The notes under the pieces are model-generated. The model ran no database searches and was not told where the DNA came from. It worked only from the letters and a program-made list of their open reading frames with translations. A stretch of 64,000 bases of DNA from Callorhinchus milii (taxonomy: Eukaryota): contig NW_024704745.1 of assembly GCF_018977255.1 (NCBI RefSeq), positions 48,608,001 through 48,672,000 on the forward strand, read 5' to 3'. This document shows positions 14,054-26,800 of this stretch, piece by piece. The first letter of the stretch is position 1. Every line of letters starts with the position of its first letter. Both the position numbers and the translations under genes were made by a program.

Positions 14054-14895
14054 ATTGCAATTTGAAGTTGCAAAATAAAGCAGATGACATTTTGCAAATT
14101 TTCTTTATATTTATCCTATTGCTATTTTGCCCCCACCCCCCCACCCACCAACAGAGCTTGGAATCAGATCAGCACTGAAAGTACCAGTATTGTAGGATAT
14201 TACGCGACCATACAACAACTGAAAATTGGTCACTAATTCAGCAGCAATCAAAGACATGACACCAGTTGAAAATAGCATTCAATAAAGGTGCAGTTCACAT
14301 GAAATTCCATTGCATTTTGTCATTGTTTATTGGGCAATGTGGATGAAATGCTGCTGGATATGTTAAAAAAAATTATATTTCAGAATTATTCGCTGGACAG
14401 GAGTCAGTGCTAAGGGGGAGGGAGAAAATGATCAAAACGATAGCACAAATGAAGGATCTTGCATGCTGGGCTATTTTGGCGTTCGTGAGACCGAAGATTC
14501 TATATCCTACCTTTGAAACGGAAAAACAATTGATACACTATTTAGTAGTTCAATACTAGATGTATAGAAATATTTTACCAGTTTAAAGCACACCAACACT
14601 GAAGCAATTTTTTTTCAAAATTATTACTGTTAATGAGACAGCCGGTTTAAACCAACTACATTTGTGCCATGTTTTGGTGATACCAAGTAGAAAAATAAGT
14701 ATCAGTGCTGTAGGGGTATGAATATTTTTTTCCTCTGTAATTTGCAACAGTCCTAATGCACAATGAGTTGAGCCATAGAGATTCCTGCTACACATTGCGG
14801 TCTGCATAAGTGACCCACATAACAGTTCTCTCACAGAAGAGGGAGAAAAAGACAAATCATGAATGATTTTGCATGTTGCGACTATTTAAGGCCAT

Positions 14896-17800
14896 TCAAG
14901 CAATGTTCAACAGGTTTTGTATAGCCGCCTGCTGTGCTTCATTAAGAGATGACATACACTCTGTCCACAATCCTCCCGAACCCTGGAATAAAAAAAAATG
15001 CAGGTCTCTCAGCAAACTCAAACTAGTCAGCAAATAAAAACTCATGTACACAAAATACACTTCACTCTACAGTATATTCTGTGAATGAAGCGCTTTGAAC
15101 CATCTCTAAGACGTGATATGGCACTATATCAATGCAAGGATTATTATTACACAATACTCAACATTTTGACTCCAGTATAAATGTTTTAACACTAAACATT
15201 TAAGCTGGTCATTAGTAAGATCCTCTAACTCATGGATCATATGGCTTGGTTCTGCGTCAGAACTGAATTATATTCAAGTAGGACTCCTGCTAAAGGGACC
15301 CAAAAGCCACAGTTTTACAGCATGGATCTAAATAGCAATTAGGAACCAAGAATTGTGGCCTAACTTTCCCCATCTAGTCTGGGAATACTAAAGCCATAGA
15401 TAATCGATAATCTTGAGTTCAAGATCCTTGTCCTAACCTTTAAATCCCTCCATGTTTTGCGCCACTTGACCTGTGTGACCTCCTCAAACCTCTCCATTCG
15501 GCGGACAACAGCCTGCTTCATGTCCTCTGCCCCACCATCATCGGTTGGATTTTCAGACTCCACCCCAGAGTCCCTTCAAGTCACCCCTTCCCTCATCTCC
15601 TTCAAGGTCTGCCTCAAGACATTCTTCTTTGACTGTGATGACTGTGCCATCTTTCTCACCCCCCTCCCCAATGCAAATTCTGGAGTGTCCAGCACCTTTG
15701 AATGTCCTCTCGATGTGAAAGGCTCCATATATCTTTTATTGTACAATATTCTGATCTACATCTCATTTCCATAATGCACAACGCCATGGAAGTATCAGGC
15801 AGATAAAATCTTTTGTCAGTCACTGAGAAAACTGAACAATATCAAATTTTCATTTGATTGATTTTTTTAGCGCAAATGTAAAGTTACATCACTATATCCA
15901 ATGCAACATGAATGCTCCTGAAACCCTTCAGCTTACGTTTCAGTGACATAAAAATGCATTCAGTTATTTTAAATTCAAATACATCTCCATTCGGAAAGGA
16001 CATCCATCTCTTTTGCTGGGTTCTACTGACCTGTACTTGTCGAATTACATTTGCCAACCGTTTACTACAGCCATCTTCATTCTTTATAGCTTCATTAGCA
16101 AGACCATCAGCAATGATGCCAAATATTCTGGGAAGACTGGAATTATTAGGTCCAAGGACAATTGGGTTGTTACTGTAAAGAACAGATTCTGAGTAAGTTT
16201 CTGTTTGTGGAAGTACAATTCTACTCTCCAATAAAATATGGAATTATTTCAGATTATAAACTATAGTGAATCCTTCCAAAATCTACACACGCACAAAACT
16301 AGAAAACTGATTAAATACAGTTTCACAAAAAATATCAAAACATTCTGGAAATTGATTTGTTTCTTGTGGTTGACCAAACTTACTGGGTTATCCTTCAAAT
16401 TATGCTCAACTATATGTATCCCACAGCCTTGACAGTAGACCATTCTATAACTGATCCAATACCTCCCCCACCCAGATGAGAAAGAGGGCAAGAGGCAAGC
16501 CTTTGGGAGACCTAGTAAATAATAGTTGGGATAATCTGAATAATTATATCCTTAGCTTTGATCGACCTCAAGATACATCATGTGTGCCTGAACAGCGGGG
16601 CAGGTTCACATGTAACCCCTGCTTTCTTATTCCAATATTAAAATCTAGAACTTTAATCCTACAGAAAAGCAATAGTTAAAAATCAAAGTTAGTCTTGCAG
16701 TTGTGTTTACCAAGGAAATTTGATTCGTAAGTTTGATTATAATTGTTACACTGTCCTGTACTGCCATCTAGAGGCTCATTGGATGTATGCACAAATTACA
16801 TTTTAGGTTAATAGCATCAGAAAGTTTCTTTGGTTATCAGTCAAACAATAACCAATTGTATGTTCATTGTCCTAATACTAAAAGCCTTCAGACTCTATTG
16901 CAGGTTGATGTTTTATATCGGACTGGAGTCTTTGACATTAAACCAGAGGACTCACCAAACTGCCTGTGTCAGGTTATTATATTAACGATCCCGGTCATAA
17001 CTTTGAAGAACAGAACTTTCCCTATCCCTGGCAGAATTTTCCCTATCCCTGGCTAATTTTTCTTCCTCGTCCAGATTACTAAAATTTATGAATAAAATTA
17101 ATATAAGCTTTTGACAATATACATTCAATGTTCTCCTAAAAGATAATATTTCCTTTAGTACAGACATTCAGATCTAAGAGATGTGTTCCAAAACCCACAT
17201 CTGACAAATTTCTCTCTGAATGTGTAAGTTGTCCGTTATCCACTTAGTTTCGTGTGTAGTACAAGCTGTAGCCTATAGACCAAAATGTTTATACACCCGC
17301 GTCTCAGTATCAGGATGTCCTCCTGATGTGAAAGGTGCTATACAAATGTAATTTTGCTGCTGTTGTCAGGAGTAAAATGATCAGTTTAGATTTCGACAAT
17401 GCCTAAGGACTTCTCTGAACACAACCCAAAGAAAGGATAGATTCTGAATTACTTCCTCCTTTATCAGAATTGAGGCACCAGGCTGGAAAGTGTTGCTTAA
17501 GTAGAATCCACAAAGATACCACAGTTTCTCAATCAATCCATATCAATCACCTTTCGCAGAACTAGATCTCTGCAGACATTTTGTACTGGAACTTGCTAGG
17601 AAAGCTACAATTAGAACCCAATTATAACTATGATTAATAAGTCCAACAAAAACACAAAATAGTATTGTCACATGGTGGAATACATTCTTGGACAGGTTTC
17701 CTAAAGCATCCCCATAAGCTTTGGTTCATTACTTAATAATGGGAGCAAATGAAATCCATTTAATCAGCTGCTGAAAACCCAGCCAAATTTAGATCCCAGC

Positions 17801-20800
17801 TTACTACAGTAATTATATATTTAGAATTGCTATAATCAGTAGGTTATTAGACCGTATAAACACAAGCAACCCTTGAGTGGAAAAAACTTGAGGTTAAATG
17901 TGACAGCTTTAGTCAAATACATCAAGTGTACATAACAATCTGCAGGATTCTTTTTAAAAATGCTTTCCCTCCACAAGCTGCAGGTCATTCAGAACTCTGC
18001 AGCTCGTGTACTGTCCCGCACCAGGCTTCGTGACCACATCACTCCCACCCTCGCTCACCTCCACTGGCTCCCCATCCCCCAGAGGATCGAATTCAAGATC
18101 CTCATCCTCACCTACAAGACCATTCACGGCCTTGCTCCCTCCTACTATCCCCCTATCTACCTGCCCGTATCCTCCGTTCCTCTGGCTCCGGTCTGCTCCA
18201 CATCCCCCGCCCCAACCGCCCTACCATCGGTGGCCGGGCCTTCAGCCTCTCAGCCTCTAGGCTCTGGAACTCCATCCCCCAATGCCTTCACCGCCTCCTC
18301 CCTTTCCTCCTTCAAAGCCGGTCTCAAGACCATTCTCTTTGACCGTGCCTTCAGCTCCCCTCTTGACTCTCTACCCCCTCCTCGCTCCCTCCCTTCCCTC
18401 CCCTCACCCTGACCATTTCACCCGTCCTCGCTCCTTCCTCCCCTCACCCTGACCATTTCCCCCCCCCCCAAAGCTCGGGTCCTGACCCAACTGTCCAGCG
18501 CCTTGGGACGTCCTCCCGACGTGAAAGGCGCTCTATAAATGGAATCTTGTCGTTGTTTCTAGCCTAAAAGGTTGAGACTCGCAAATGCTGCCATGAATTA
18601 CACATTTTTAAATACTTTATATTAGTTGACGGTTGTAAAAACTTGCCTTTCAATAAGATCACACAAATAATTGAAAGTGTGAACTGCTTCTTCTTTGTCT
18701 TCATGCAGCGGTAGCCATGATAGCCAGTGAGGCAAGAACTCATTCACGTTTACACACTCTGGTCTACATTTCATGATTTTCCCGACTGCAGAAATGCAAT
18801 TTTCTGTTGCATTAATATTTTCTTTGGTTTTCGACCCTTCCATTTGTATAACTCCTACTAGGAGGGGAATTGCCTCTGTATAATTAAAAAAAACAAAACC
18901 ATCTTATTACCCAATAATAATCTTTAAAAAGTTCATTTTGTGCCAATAAGCAAATCTGCCTGATCCAATGGGGTCAACAAATTTACAGCTATGAGGAGTA
19001 GTTTGCAGAACACAAGAAGTTTGGCCACAATCTAGTCTAGGCATACTCTACTCAGAATCAATTAAATGTTGTGAACCATTTTGGTTCAGAAAACACTATC
19101 CTGATGTGTAATAGCCATGCACATTTGTGGCAATCATTAACCTAATAATAATAATACGATGCAGTCAGCATTAAAGGGCCAAAGGAAGCACCTGTAGCTC
19201 AGAATTAATAAAATCTAGTTTTGAGCAAAATCATCCTTTATAACAAAGATTAGAATAGATTTTCTCTCCTGATTACAGAAAAAAAAATCATGCATTTAAG
19301 GTCTTTTCCTTCAAGTCAATCACAAGCACCAAACTTCTCAGATTTAGCACATTATTTACTGCTGTGTAAATATGCCTTATTCTCCTTTCCCGAGCATTGC
19401 GCACAACATGGAATCTGATATTTAACAGAACCAGTTATGATACCCTACTTTGATTTTAACTGCATTAATAAGTGTGTTAAGTTTGGGCTAAGCGACCAAT
19501 AGACATACAAAAATGAAGCTGCCGAACAAGATTGCTTCTCATTAAAGCAGCATAAAATACAATATACATTTTCTATGTGACGTTAAAGAAAACTGATGCT
19601 ACATATACATAGTAAACTTCTCTGCTCTAACCCATACATTCATAATCCAGTATCCCCTTTTAATTCCAAAGCTATAACCCATTAAACATACCAGTGCAAA
19701 ATGGCCTGTAGTTCTCTCCACCAAATTGGGCCATTACTCCAATGCCATAAGCTGCTGCTTGTCTCACCTCAGGACTGTTGTCACAGACATATTGTAACAT
19801 GGGCCTCAGGAAGTACTCTGCATATTTAAATGAGGTGGGACTGCAATGTTCAATCACATCATCAAATATGCATAAACCCCACTGTTTGTCTGGCCATGGT
19901 CTATGCGGACACTATAGAAATGAAAAGGTTGTATTAGCTTTGGATGTTAGGCGAATTGTAATTGAATAAACAATCTTAAGATTGTATTTTATACTTACAA
20001 TAAGGTTGACCATTAGTGGAAGAAGTTGTTCAAACCATGGCAGTGCTTTTTCCTTATAGCAGCTAAACAATGAGTGCAAGATGTCTGAAATTTTAGTCAA
20101 GATGTAAACATCACTTTCGTCCTGCAATCAACCAAAACATTGGATTACTCACTTAAGAATTAAAACTACTGTGAAACTGACCTGTAAACGTTGTATAGCA
20201 ATACGTTTAGAATATATGTAGCCATACAGCACATGCACATGCAATATCAGAAAATGAAATCCAATTGAAGGATGCATTTTCTCCCCCTCCTCCACCCGCA
20301 AGTTAAGTGAATTACCATAGGAATATTTAAAGAAAACTGTATTGTACACATAAATTTTTGAAAAATTACTTCATCTTGTAAGGTTTCTTCAACTTGTTCA
20401 TCATAGTCTTCATCTTGTCTCTTTGCTGAAACACACAAGCGATTAATGATTAGGTTACAAAGAGACTTGGATGGAATGGAAGTTTTAATGCTTGATGCAG
20501 TAATTTCTCCTGCTTACCTTGTCTTAATTCTTGATTTTTAAAGTGCTCCTCTAGTTTCCCCTTCATAATATTTCCCAGTTCTTCAAGATGTTCACTGCTT
20601 ACACAGCCTTCACCCATCAACTCAACACACTAAAGGGAGGGAAAATAAAACTTAAAAACTATTAAGATTCGAGCATTAGAGTAGATGGGGAAGGACATGA
20701 GCAGGAAACTTTCAGTTACTGTAAATCAAGAGCTTAAAGTTTAAATTAACTAGGAAAGATTAGTAATGCAACCAGGTTCCTTGTTCATAAAATAAATGAA

Positions 20801-23800
20801 TTTGTAAACCAAATATTTGTTTCTATAAATAAACAATAAACACCTACCCATGGAACCTTTGTGAACCTAGCATAATTGTGCTTTATCCTTTCTTTATGAT
20901 AAAAAGTGCACCAAAACTGTAATATGAATCCTGAGATACAACACTAAAGAGCAACAGTCGAAACAAATATTCTCTTAAAATAATGAACTGCCAATGAACT
21001 GTGGACGTTCACTTGATTTAAGGCAATCTGCAATGACATTAATATATTTAATGAAATGCTCGCAATGTTCTTCATCAGTATGAAGAAGAAATCACATGAT
21101 ATTACTGATTTCATAATGAACTTCAGCTCTGTTCAAGCCTTTAAATCCTTTAATGACAATGTCTTGCGGCAATAGTGACTGGGACTCACTAACTTCCACT
21201 GAAACACCTGCCCATGGAACCTTTGTGAACTTAGCGTAACTGTGTTTTCTCACTTTGATAAAAAATACACCAAAACTGTATTTAATATGAATCCTGAGCT
21301 ACTACAAAAAAGTGCAACAGTCGAAACAAATATTCTCTTAAAATAAGTTCATTAATATGAATGCAAAATTCTCCCATATGCTCCACTTAAAAAAAATTAC
21401 CTTTGCAAAAGAATGCATAATTTCAGAAAGAACGTCAGAGTCTGGTTCTGTACCAATTCCTTTGATGAGGGAATCACACATAAAATGCCACATTTGAGTC
21501 ACATAATTGGGTCCTTGAACCCTAGCACATTCTAGGAGCAGAGGCATCGATTCAGCTGCTGCAACACGAACACGTTTTTCATGGTCAAGGAAGACAGCGT
21601 TATATACACAATAACAACTTACACTTGTTTAGCGCCTTTCACATCAGGGGGACATCCCAAGGCAGTGGACAGCCAGGGATTTGGAGGTGGGGGGGGGAGG
21701 GTTTGGAGTACAACTTACTATCATCAAAGTACCAGTTGTGGAGTGGAGGGGACGAGGGACATGCAGCAGTCCTTGTCAGCTGAGCGAAGGATAGGAGTGG
21801 TGTTGAACAGATTTAACAGGCAAATTTAACTCTTAAAGGACTGAAAAGTTATTTTGGTGCAATAAGTTTTTTCTTATTGGATTTCAGCACTCTAATATTA
21901 CTGTGGATTCATGTAAAAAAAAATCCATATGGTAAAGCACGGTTTGAAGAATACAATAATTCTTTTTTTAAAAAAGCCACTGAAATCGCACAACAAACGA
22001 TTTTCAAATACAATAATACTTGCATATGTCTTATCTGTATGAATTGTATAATCGGCCAAGTTGTACATCCACCTGATTTCCTATTAAAGCCACTTAAATT
22101 TATATGTACCAGTTGTATTAAGCACCTCAAGACGATGAGGTTCTGGGTAATCACCATGTACAACTTGTGAGTTTTACTGTATATAATCCAAATATAAAAA
22201 CAATGCCGCTTATCTAAAATTTCAGATCAGCACAATTATGAGCTTTTCTAATCAGGTAATAAAGGAGAATTTTATTCCTAGGATTACTTATAAGATTTAT
22301 ATTAAATAATTTATATTAAATGCAATATATAAAACTGGTTGAAAGATTGTCACATCAATTTCTGAATTTTTGTCTTGCCTTCTGGCAACCAAAAAACACA
22401 GAACACAGCACAGATACTCACGCACATATTCACCTTCAGCCACAAAAACCTTTACTATCTTCAAGAGGTATGAATGTACGAAGACAAAACTACAACATCT
22501 AATACTCTTGATAAAAGTAGCCACTCATGAAAGGATATCATCGTGGAAGTAAAATTTAAGAAGTGGCACCATCAGCTTTACCACTTGTTCTGTGTACTCA
22601 GCAAATCCTTCTTTCAGTTCTTTAGCGTAACATACCTAGAAAATATTTCATTTGCATCATTTTTTCGCTGTAAATACATGCAAACAAAGTCAATCAAAAA
22701 ACAAAGCAAATCTTTTAAGCACAAGAAATATTTTGTTTTTAAATAAGACTTTTGAAAATATTTATTAACCAGTTGATTTCTATTTCCTAGGAATTACATT
22801 TTGCTAATGTATTCGGTTGCTATACATCAAAATATTAACATAAACATTGCAATGATAAAATCAGCAACAGAACATTACCGTTACCTCAAAAATAATAATA
22901 ATAATAATAATCCTTGCATTTGATATAGCGCTTTTCACGTCGGGAGGACGTCCCAAAGCGCTTCACAGAACACACTGTAAAGTGAATTGACTGTATATTT
23001 GTGGGCGAACGCGGCAGCCAATTGCGCACAGCAATGTCCCACAAACAGTCGTAGATTGAAAATGACCAATTTTTAATTATTGTTTTTTTTTTTTTTGGAG
23101 GGATTATTATTCTTGAATTCAAATACTTGAATCCTTCAGGATAAAAATTGCAAAATATTTCAAAATGGTCCCAGGGTTTATTTATTCTCTAGAGTTGCAC
23201 ACTCATCATGAACTAGTTAAATTTTGTGATCACAATCTAAGAGCATTTAGTGAAGAGTTTTGTTTTCACAACCTCTCTCCAAAACCTATGTTTTTCTTTT
23301 TACATCCATTAATGCAATGTTTCTGTGAAAAGGCACAATCATTGTTTTTTAACCTCAACCGATGCCATACTCCAGCGTAATATAACTAACTCCTTAATTT
23401 AGTTCCTGGAATAAACAATTTTTATTCTATAGTTCTAAATTTCCTAGATTGTTTATGAAAAATAATGACTAAATATAATCATTAAAACAAAATGCAAAAC
23501 TGTTTTAAGTTTATTAACAGAATGAGCTCTCTCACACGTCTCAAGTTTCAAGTTGCTAACTTATTTTTACTTTTCTAGAACTAAAACTACAAATGCAACC
23601 CAACTCACCACTTACCAACATTTGACAAGCAGTTGCTTTTTCCTCTAACCCTGCAGTTTTGATTCCAAAGCTCTGCTGATCACCAAGATTCACAAATTCC
23701 CATCCATCATCTTCACTCATGTTCTCCATATCTTGTGCTAATAAGCAGAGTGTAAAATGTACTTTATTTTAACATTTACTGTTAAGCTAACAAAAGGGCG

Positions 23801-26800
23801 ACATAACATGGTGAATTTGTCTTCAATAAGACCCATTAATAATAATAATACTTGCATTTGATATAGCGCCTTATCACGCCGTGATAACAAAAATGGCAAT
23901 GAGCTAGACTTAATTGAGTTCACAAATCAACAAGGGACAGTTCTAGAAACAAAGAGGACAAAAACAGGCACATTCAGGCTTGATTGATTCCATTGCTCCA
24001 CAGAGACCAATTGTGAAAGAGGAGACCCACGAGGGAAGGTAAGAGATTCATCTTTTATACAGACCACAACATATACAACATAACTGAAGGGTTGAATGCT
24101 CAACTCTAAAGCTCCTGTTGAACCTGAGGAAAATACTGTACAAAAATGCGGACTACAAAGTTTAAAGCAGAATTCACTCAGAATTCCAGCGATCACATAT
24201 TCCCTTGACGAATAAAAATACCACGGGAAAAGTGGTTCAACCATGGTTAACTAGAGCAGATAGGGAAAGCATAAAATTAAAAGAAGAGACCTATAATACT
24301 GCAAAAAGAGCAGTAAACCCAAGAATTGGGAGGGCTTCAGAAATCAACAAAGAAAAACTAAGAAACTGATTAGGAGGGAGAAAATGGATTATGAAGACAA
24401 ACTAGCTAGGAATATAAAGACAGACTGCAAGAGCTTTTTCAAATACATAAAGAGGAAGAGACTAGCAAAAGTTAATGTGGGTCCGTTAAAGGCAGCGACA
24501 GGAGGAATTATAATGGGAGAGTCATTTAACAGATACTTTGCTTCTGTCTTCACCTTAAAAGACAATGAAAACTTGGCAAAAATAGAGGGGAACCAAGAAG
24601 CTAATGTTAGTGAGCAATTTAGGGAAATTAACAGCAGTAAAGTATTAGTACTAGGGAAACTGTTGGGATTCAAAAATGGAGTCCTGTAGCTCAGTGGTTA
24701 GAGCACTCGCTTTGCAAGCGAGAGACGTGAGTTCAATTCCAGGCAGGGCAAAACCTTGGGCAAGTTTCCTTACTCCACACGCCTAATGATAATCTCTCCA
24801 AAAAACAACAATAAATTGGTCATTTTCAATCCATGACTGTTTGTGGGACTTGGCTGCCGCATTCGCCCACAAATATACAGTCAATTCACTTTACAGTGTG
24901 TTCTGTGAAGCGTGTTGGGACATCCTCCCGACGTGAAAAGCACTATATCAAATGCAAGGATTATTAAATCCCCTGGACCTGATGGCCTGCATCCTAGGGT
25001 TTTAAAAGAGGTGTCTGCTGAGATAGTGGATGCTTCGTTTTTGATGTTCCAAACTTCTCTGGATTGTGGATTGGTTCCCATTGATTCGAAGATTACAAAA
25101 GTAACACCACTATTTAAGAAGGGTGGGAGAGAGAAGATGGGGAAATATAGATCAATCAGTCTGACATCGTTGGAAGGAAAAATTGTAGAATCCTTAATTA
25201 GGGACGTTGGAGTGGGATACTTTCAGACCATAACAAGATTAGGCAGAGTCAACATGGCTTTACAAAAGGGAAGTCATGCTTAACAAATCTTTTAGAGTTC
25301 TTTAAGGATGTAACTAGCAAGTTAGATAGGGGGGAACCAGTAGATGTAGTATATTTAGATTTTCAGAAGGCATTCGACAAGGTGCCACATAAAAGGCTGC
25401 TACACAAGATTAAGATCCATGGAATTGAAGGCAATATATTAGCATGGATCGAAAAGTGGCTAACGGGAAGAAAACAGAGAGTAGGGATAAACGGGTCCTT
25501 CTCAGATTGGTGGGATGTAACTAGTGGAGTGCCACAAGGATCAGTGCTTAGACCTCAAGTATTTACAATCTATATCAATGATCTAGACGAGGACTTAGAA
25601 CTTAAAATATGTAAATTCGCAGATGATACTAATAAACTAGGTGGGAGAGTAAGCTCTGAGGATAACACAAATAAATTGAAAAGGGATATAGATAGGCTAG
25701 GTGAGTGGGCAAGAAGGTGGCAAATGGAATATAATGTGGGGAAGTGTGAAGTTATTCACCTAGGTAGTAAAAAGCAGATTATTTTCTATAAGGGGAGAGA
25801 CTAGATAGTGTTAGTGTTCAGAGGGATTTGGGTGTCCTTGTACACGAGTCACAAAAAGTTAGTGTGCAGGTACAGCAAGCAGCTAGAAAGGCTAATGGCA
25901 TGTTGGCATTTATTACAAAAGGGTTAGAATACAAGAGTAGGGAAGTCTTGCTGCAACTGTATAGGGCCTTGGTGAGACCGCACCTAGAGTATTGCGTGCA
26001 GTTTTGGTCTCCTTATTTAAGAAAGGACATACTCACCTTAGAGGGGGTGCAGCGTAGATTCACTAGGTTAGTTCCTGGGATGAGGGGCTTGACCTATGAG
26101 GATAGGTTGTGTAAACTAGGCCTATATTCTCTAGAATATAGAAAAATTAGGGATGATCTTATAGAAACATATAAGATTCTTATGGGGTTTGACAGAGTAG
26201 ACAGTGTGAGACTGTTTCCCCTGGTTGGAGAATCTAAAACTAGGGGTCATAGTCTTAAGATCAAGCACAGCCCTTTCGAACAGAGTTGAGGAAACACTTC
26301 TTCACTCAGAGGGTAGTGAAATTATCGAATTCTCTACCCTAGCAGGCTGTAGATGCTCATTCCTTGAACATATTCAATACTGAGACTGATAGATTTCTAA
26401 AGAATAGAGGGATTAAGGGATATGGGGATAAGACGGGCAAATGGAGTTAGGTTAAAAGATCAGCCATGATCTTACTGAATGGCGGGGCAGGCTCGAGGGG
26501 CCGATTGGCCTATTCTTGCTCCTCATTCCTATGTTCCTAAGTAATACACTCTTGACAATACTGTGACTATCAAAAAAAGCATCTCAAATCATTGAATGGC
26601 TCCTGGGATTAAGGTTCCCTGAACAGCAAAAATCTGAAACAAGGAAAATATGTGATCACAGATCATCAAACTAGTCTTGTTACAACATGGTCTATTGCGT
26701 GAAGATTTCTAACTGGAATCTTCAATAAGGATACTGGAGTGCATAATATTGACCTACAGAAACTCTGTTCCCACACAATCTAGCTTTGGGTTACCAGGAG

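Noticed and set aside
24678-24750. tRNA-Ala genes at 24678, 38077, 42380, 44198, 54555 and 56178
   Set aside because: Each continues into the same 200+ nt core and LINE-derived tail with no oligo-T terminator after the cloverleaf, so they are SINE heads.
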